DNA from: Candidatus Wukongarchaeum yapensis
Lineage (GTDB): Archaea; Asgardarchaeota; Wukongarchaeia; Wukongarchaeales; Wukongarchaeaceae
DNA length: 11,729 bases
Direction of reading: 5' to 3'
Assembly: GCA_016840425.1 (NCBI GenBank)
Contig: JAEOSI010000050.1
Span: 1-11,729 of the forward strand
How positions within the stretch are numbered: position 1 is the first letter of the stretch; each line of letters begins with the position of its first letter. Below the pieces are notes generated by a model. That model saw only the letters and a list, made by a program, of their open reading frames with translations. It ran no database searches and was not told the origin of the DNA. The position numbers and the translations under genes are program-made. Shown here in pieces: positions 6,947-11,729 of this stretch.

Positions 6947-7747
6947 CTATTTCTCCTCTTTATATGTTAACTGCCAAGCCTCAAAGTATTTTTCCCTAAC
7001 TGTTGGATCATCTCTTATTTTTAAACATAAAGAATAGCATTCCATTGCCTTTCTAGGATTCTCTCGTATCAATAAATCGCCGAATATTTCTAAAGATAAA
7101 AATTTGAGGTTGTCTAATAGTTCTGGAGTAATTTCTGCACCTGCAAGAATATTTTGATCTAATAATTGACTAAATTTGCTAATAATATCTTCTACTAGCT
7201 GATCCGAAAATATTTCTGTTAATTCTTCTTCTAGTTGTTTTTTGGCTTCTTCTAGTTCTTTTTTCGATTCTTCTATTGATTTTTTAAACAGGTTTGAAAG
7301 TCCTCTTTTAAGTTTGTTCTTCAGTTTTTCAGCAAGTTCTTCCCCAAGCAAGTCGTAAAAGACATCCATAGCTATCATAATACTCATATGGGTTGCAAGC
7401 GTGATTATTAGGTCTAGAAGTAGATCTTCTTTTGCAGAGATGCTTAATTGACCTTCTTTAGCGCTTACTTGGTATATGATCACTTTTTCTTTTTTTTCTT
7501 CTTTTTCTTCTTCCTCTCTTGAGTATTCATAAACTAAAGCATCTTCTGTAGGCATTCCTAATGAGAGGGTTTTTTTAAACCCCATATCTGATAAAACCGT
7601 GTTGAGGGAATCAATCCACATCTCCATGCTTAGCTTATTAACATTGAACAAATACTGGCTAACAACGCCTTCTTCTTTTTCAGTTTTTTCTTCGGTTTTT
7701 TCCTCATCTTTGTTGATTTTATTTGAACCCCCTTCACTATTAAGCAA
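6947..7747 (-). CDS. Hypothetical acidic protein with coiled-coil and a TPR-like C-terminal helix pair
   Basis: 266-aa ORF with TTG start and GGTGA SD. Contains Glu/Lys-rich runs, heptad-like KSIEESKKELEEAKKQLEEEL, and FGDLLIRENPRKAMECYSLCLKIRDD resembling one TPR. No family recognised. Confidence 0.75.
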   Translation of the reverse strand: MLNSEGGSNKINKDEEKTEEKTEKEEGVVSQYLFNVNKLSMEMWIDSLNTVLSDMGFKKTLSLGMPTEDALVYEYSREEEEKEEKKEKVIIYQVSAKEGQLSISAKEDLLLDLIITLATHMSIMIAMDVFYDLLGEELAEKLKNKLKRGLSNLFKKSIEESKKELEEAKKQLEEELTEIFSDQLVEDIISKFSQLLDQNILAGAEITPELLDNLKFLSLEIFGDLLIRENPRKAMECYSLCLKIRDDPTVREKYFEAWQLTYKEEK

Positions 7748-8064
7748 CTAAAATCACCCTAAAATCCTTAAATATCAAACAAAAATCTATCCCTCTAATG
7801 TTAATTTTGGGGCTTGGAAGCAAAGCGATGGAAAAACAATAAAGAAAAAATAAGCATAGAAGTACCCCACTTTGATTAGAAAATGACTTTCATCTTATAT
7901 ATGTTGATTGTGATTGCTATAAAAATTTCATTAACATCATTTAAAAACAAACAAAAGGGATAGATAAAACAAATCAAAAATAGGGAAACGATTTTTGTTT
8001 AAAAGTTTTTTGAAAAAAACTGTTTACAAATTTTTCTGAGGAAAAAACAAGCTTTTTGGGTTTT

Positions 8065-8727
8065 TTAGTGTATTTTCTTTCTTTTTCCTGTGACCATGTA
8101 TATGGTTCTTCCTGCGATGTTACAGGCGTGATCCGCCATCCTCTCCAAATATTTTGAAACAAGGATAAGGTTTGCAGTAAAGTATATAGATGAGGGATCA
8201 TTTTTCATTGTTTCAATACCTTCCTCGATAACTTTAACGAAAAGCTTGTCAACCTCATCATCAAGGTCTCCTAGGGTTTTTGCGAGTTCCGGATCGTTCT
8301 CAATAAAAGCTTTTAGGGCGAGTCTTACTATGGTGTCTACTTTTCCGTACATTATGCCTATTTTGTCTATTTCTCTTACTTTTTGTAGATGGTGAGTGAA
8401 GAGGGTTACTTGGCAGACGTCCGCTGAGAAGTCTGCTAATCTGTCAAGGTCTACGATGATTTTTACAATAGTTACGATGGTTCTGAGATCTACGGCTACG
8501 GGTTGGTAAAGGGCGAGCAGTTCCATACACTTATTTTCTATGTTAAACTCTAATAAGTCAACTTCTTCCCCTTTTTCGATGGTTTTTAGAGCAAGTTCTG
8601 TATCTTGATTTATTAAGGATCTTACTGAGGCTCTGACGACCTCGAGAACTATTTGTGTCATATTTTCGACGGTTTTTTTTAGGTCTTCTAACTCTTCATG
8701 AAAAGCCTTTCTTGTTGTAACTTTCAC
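8065..8727 (-). CDS. phoU: Phosphate signalling/transport accessory protein PhoU
   Basis: FHEELEDLK, QPVAVDLR, DLDRLADFSAD, DDEVDKLF, KYLERMADHACNIA (two PhoU repeats). Lies downstream of pstB. Confidence 0.96.
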   Translation of the reverse strand: MKVTTRKAFHEELEDLKKTVENMTQIVLEVVRASVRSLINQDTELALKTIEKGEEVDLLEFNIENKCMELLALYQPVAVDLRTIVTIVKIIVDLDRLADFSADVCQVTLFTHHLQKVREIDKIGIMYGKVDTIVRLALKAFIENDPELAKTLGDLDDEVDKLFVKVIEEGIETMKNDPSSIYFTANLILVSKYLERMADHACNIAGRTIYMVTGKRKKIH

Positions 8728-8782
8728 AAAAAATAACGCTCCATTCTCCTTTTGAAGTAGACTTTTGTGAGTTTTTTAGTTT

Positions 8783-9679
8783 TTAGCCAAATCTTCCTGT
8801 GATGTAGTCTTCGGTTTCTTTTCTTTCTGGGGTTTCGAAGAGGGTTTCTGTGGCATTGTATTCTATTATTTCCCCGGTTAGGAGGAAGGCGGTCCATCTG
8901 GAGACTCTTGCTGCTTGTTGCATGTTGTGGGTTACTATTATTACTGTGTATTTTTTGCTGAGTTCGTATATTAGGTCTTCTATTTTTGCTGTTGCCGTGG
9001 GGTCGAGGGCTGAGCACGGTTCATCCATAAGGATTACTTCTGGTTCTATTGCTAGGGCTCTTGCTATGCATAGTCTTTGTTGTTGTCCTCCTGAGAGGTC
9101 GAAGGCGTAATCGTCTAATCTATCATTTACTTCGTCCCATAAAGCAGCAGCTTTCAAACTTTTTTCCAAAATCTCGTCAAGTTTATCTTTATTTCTTATG
9201 CCGTGGATTAATGGGCCGAAGAGTATGTTTTCGCGAATGGTTTTTGGGAAGGGGTTTGGTTTTTGGAAAACCATTCCGATTCTTTTCCTTACGCTCACTA
9301 CATCTGAGCCATCGTCGTAGATGTTTTCTCCATCTAATATCACTTCTCCGGCCATCCTGAAATCTGGGTATATGTCGTTCATTCGATTCAAGCAGCGTAG
9401 GAAGGTTGATTTTCCGCATCCGGAGGGACCAATTATCGCAGTGACTGTTCGGGCTTTGAAGTCCAAATTTATGTTTTGTAGGACATGATTGTCCCCGAAC
9501 CAAGCATTAAGATCTCTTACCTCTATTTTTGGGGCTTGAAGCGTCAATTTTTTCTCTTCTCTCACACTTTCTTCGGCCATTAACTCTACGTTTTTTAAAT
9601 TTCTTTTTTCTTTCAATACAGCGCTAAAACCTTTTAATTCTGCTTTTTGACCTTGAACTGGCAATTCTTCCATCACCAT
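8783..9679 (-). CDS. pstB: Phosphate ABC transporter ATP-binding protein PstB
   Basis: [82 protein letters not shown]. Start is uncertain (9679, 9673 or 9580). Confidence 0.97.
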   Translation of the reverse strand: MVMEELPVQGQKAELKGFSAVLKEKRNLKNVELMAEESVREEKKLTLQAPKIEVRDLNAWFGDNHVLQNINLDFKARTVTAIIGPSGCGKSTFLRCLNRMNDIYPDFRMAGEVILDGENIYDDGSDVVSVRKRIGMVFQKPNPFPKTIRENILFGPLIHGIRNKDKLDEILEKSLKAAALWDEVNDRLDDYAFDLSGGQQQRLCIARALAIEPEVILMDEPCSALDPTATAKIEDLIYELSKKYTVIIVTHNMQQAARVSRWTAFLLTGEIIEYNATETLFETPERKETEDYITGRFG

Positions 9680-9680
9680 T

Positions 9681-9858
9681 ATACTTGTCGGTATTATTTC
9701 CTAAAATGATTATAACGGTTAGGTTTAGGAAAAAGGCGAAGGTAATAGTGTTTCTTTTCCGGGAAAAAATTTGGGGGAATTTTCTTCAGAACCATAAGCA
9801 AGACCTTTCATTTTTGTATCATTTATTACATGATTCTGAAAGGATAAAATTATGCTAG
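9681..9858 (-). pseudogene. Probable decayed 3' end of pstA
   Basis: One minus frame reads ILSFQNHVINDTKMKGLAYGS (to 9788). After an apparent ~38-nt interruption and frame change it reads [23 protein letters not shown] (9749-9681). Together these resemble the PstA C-terminus (..AYGTALVL...LNLxAI..). It sits at the usual pstA position. Recognised by eye only. Confidence 0.45.
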
Positions 9859-9938
9859 TTTTTCATTTTTTGGAAATTAGTGATTTTCCTCTTTGCTTTT
9901 GGGTTATGGAGTTATTTTGGATTATAAGTATTTTATGA

Positions 9939-9964
9939 TATATAGAATATAAATTACTATATAG
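9939..9964. promoter_or_regulatory. Palindromic TATATAG-N11-CTATATA motif upstream of the pst unit
   Basis: TATATAGAATATAAATTACTATATAG; shares TATATAGAAT and ACTATATA with 10973-10999. Confidence 0.35.
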
Positions 9965-10110
9965 AAAAGTAAAAACAAACTTACCATTTACGCCCTCCTA
10001 ACGCGTTTTAACCTCATTAACAGTTTTCTTTTTAAGTTGCAAACTAATTTTTTTATCTCCTTTTCTCTTATCTATTTTTATTTAATAGTATTAAAATAAA
10101 ATAACCCCTT

Positions 10111-10884
10111 TTATGGGGTGTATATTTTTATGGGGCATGATTTTTTTAGAGTTTTGTTGAAAAATGCTTCTTTGAAGGCCTTTTCTTTCCCACCCACTGC
10201 TTTTAGGGAGATGTTGATCTCTTGGTCTTTTAGTTCGAGTAAGGAATAGTAGTTTTCTCTTGCACCTCTTACTCTTAGACTTCCAATGCTTCCTGTGTGG
10301 TTGATCACCATTTTTTCAAGTTGCCATACCCAGGGGACGTGTCTGTGACCGCACAGAGAGAGATTTACGCCTGTTCTCATAAGTATCTCTAAAACGTCTC
10401 CTGAGTCGGTAAGTACTGCTTTTTCCCTTCCTGTTTGTGGGACGGGTACTAGATGGTGGTGTAAAGCAAAAATCTTGATTTTTCCATCGCTATTGGAGAA
10501 GGTTTCTTCTATTAGAGGATAGTTTTCCCGTCCGATGTGGCCTTCAGCTAAGTCTGGTGTTGAGGAGTCCATAGCAAGAAGTACCACGTGTTTATCTTCG
10601 TATTTTATGGATCTTGGCCCGATGATTTCTTCGAAAAATTTCCATCCCCAAGATTTTGCATCATGATTTCCTGGAATGATGATTGTGGGGCACATTATTT
10701 TGGCTAAAATCTCTTTTATTTCCATCATTTCTTGTTCAAGTCCGTTATGAGTCAAATCTCCTGTGATGACTAAGAGGTTAGGACAATAATCGTTTACCTC
10801 AGAGACTAGTTGTTCGATTTTTGACCTGCTTTCCCATGCTTCGTATAGGTGTAAATCACTTGCATGAATAAGAAAATATTCCAA
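10111..10884 (-). CDS. Calcineurin-like metallophosphoesterase (Icc/CpdA-like)
   Basis: All five motifs present: HASDLH, TGDLT, PGNHD, LHHH, GHRH. TTG start with GGAGGT SD. Confidence 0.92.
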   Translation of the reverse strand: MEYFLIHASDLHLYEAWESRSKIEQLVSEVNDYCPNLLVITGDLTHNGLEQEMMEIKEILAKIMCPTIIIPGNHDAKSWGWKFFEEIIGPRSIKYEDKHVVLLAMDSSTPDLAEGHIGRENYPLIEETFSNSDGKIKIFALHHHLVPVPQTGREKAVLTDSGDVLEILMRTGVNLSLCGHRHVPWVWQLEKMVINHTGSIGSLRVRGARENYYSLLELKDQEINISLKAVGGKEKAFKEAFFNKTLKKSCPIKIYTP

Positions 10885-10972
10885 TTAAATACCTCCGTTT
10901 AAAACCGTAAAAACTGTAAAACATTCTTATTGTTTTTTTTGTTTTTTATTTTTATATATTTTATTGTTTTAG

Positions 10973-10999
10973 TATATAGAATTATTAGTAAACTATATA
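10973..10999. promoter_or_regulatory. Palindromic TATATAG-N13-CTATATA motif upstream of the metallophosphoesterase
   Basis: TATATAGAATTATTAGTAAACTATATA, 89 bp upstream of the start; resembles 9939-9964. Confidence 0.35.
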
Positions 11000-11069
11000 A
11001 AATAAATAAAAAATAAGGCTTATTCCCCGCATATTTTTGAGTTATTTGATAAGCCAATGAAAAAGAGAA

Positions 11070-11240
11070 TGTAGGGAAGTTTTTTAATACTGACATACTC
11101 TCCACCCTAAAGGGTTGGCGGTTCTACGGTTGTTGTTTTAACTTTTACAACCGATGGCTGTGCCACCAGCCAGTTATCCCTATCCCACCAGTAGGGCTTC
11201 GGGAATATCGGGTTAGCTATGTTCGCAACACCGTTAACAT
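11070..11240 (-). ncRNA. Predicted TnpB omega/reRNA (scaffold from tnpB 3' end and right end, plus ~20-nt flanking guide)
   Basis: Inferred from known TnpB biology. The scaffold 3' boundary is TCAG at 11090 and the guide would be 11089-11070. The 5' boundary is a guess. Confidence 0.4.
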
Positions 11241-11729
11241 CAGCGTTCACCGTTACTCCATGCGTTTTACAGATGTATAATCCCCTGTGTTTTCTACCGT
11301 TTCTGTGCACTTTCCCGCAGAGAGAACAGGTTTTAGACGTGTATTTCTCATCCTTTTTCCCTATCTTTATTCCGTGATTTTCTGCTGTTACTCTAAGTCG
11401 TTCATAGGTGTATTTAAAAGACCAGAAGTTGTTTATCATCGCATTAGCTTTTCTCCCTTTCATTTTCTTTCTACTGTTCTCTCTTATGCGTGTTACATCT
11501 CCTATAACGATTTCTGAAACTCCTTTTTCCCAGCAGTTTTTGACAAACCTCGCAATTATTGTGTTTATCGAGTGTGTGAACCTTTTCTTCCTTTTCTTAA
11601 ACAATCTTCTTAGTTGTCTTGATGTTTTTCTTTTCCCGTTTTTTTCTATGTTGCTTTGGTGTTTTCCTATTTTTCCGTTCCAGTACCACCAATCGCTTAA
11701 CACGCTTCTCCCAGAATATATCTCTGGTC
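11090..11729 (-). mobile_element. IS200/IS605-family element, right part; right end at 11124-11090
   Basis: Minus strand reads GAAC-CG-CCAACCC-TTTA-GGGTGG-AGAGTATG-TCAG: guide tetranucleotide, subterminal hairpin and cleavage tetranucleotide directly after tnpB. The left end lies outside the window. Confidence 0.88.
11107..11729 (-). CDS. tnpB: TnpB RNA-guided endonuclease, C-terminal part (5' end outside the window)
   Basis: The frame stays open to the window edge (PEIYSGRSVLSDWWYWN...). Motifs: IVIGD, DEKYTSKTCSLCG...YICKTHG zinc finger, RuvC-III NADVNG (Asp codon 11241-11239). The stop TAG lies in the right-end hairpin loop. Confidence 0.93.
   Translation of the reverse strand, partial: PEIYSGRSVLSDWWYWNGKIGKHQSNIEKNGKRKTSRQLRRLFKKRKKRFTHSINTIIARFVKNCWEKGVSEIVIGDVTRIRENSRKKMKGRKANAMINNFWSFKYTYERLRVTAENHGIKIGKKDEKYTSKTCSLCGKVHRNGRKHRGLYICKTHGVTVNADVNGVANIANPIFPKPYWWDRDNWLVAQPSVVKVKTTTVEPPTL

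Noticed and set aside
7750-8064. 315-bp intergenic region examined for an RNA gene
   Set aside because: AT-rich with no tRNA cloverleaf, stable GC-rich stem or recognisable ncRNA motif.
7974-9503. ORFs 7974-8201, 8724-9017, 8850-9110, 9049-9360 and 9189-9503
   Set aside because: Alternative-frame or antisense overlaps of phoU and pstB with no family signal.
10899-11517. ORFs 10899-11105 (-) and 11287-11517 (+)
   Set aside because: The first spans the IS end and an AT-rich promoter region; the second is antisense to tnpB.

Overview
AT-rich window that looks archaeal: pyruvoyl-dependent arginine decarboxylase, a minimal SufC/SufB pair without sufS/sufD, GGAGG/GGTGA Shine-Dalgarno motifs and TATA-like boxes. 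The lineage cannot be assigned from sequence alone. Genes in order: two minus-strand RCK/TrkA genes (one fused to a 2-TM channel-like domain), gamma-glutamyltransferase (+), pdaD, a GNAT acetyltransferase, a SufB/SufC-like (SMS-type) pair, a hypothetical protein, phoU, pstB, a calcineurin-like metallophosphoesterase, and the 3' part of an IS200/IS605-family tnpB with its right end. Features the ORF track misses: (1) a probable relic integron cassette array (truncated hicA - attC-like hairpin - GNAT - truncated attC); (2) a degenerate duplicate of the ggt 3' end at 24-96; (3) a probable decayed pstA 3' end upstream of pstB; (4) a TATATAG-N11/13-CTATATA motif upstream of both phosphate-related units; (5) a TnpB with the rearranged RuvC-II site and a readable right end and guide; (6) strong strand-linked codon skew that is reversed across the trkA segment. 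No tRNA, rRNA or CRISPR array was seen.
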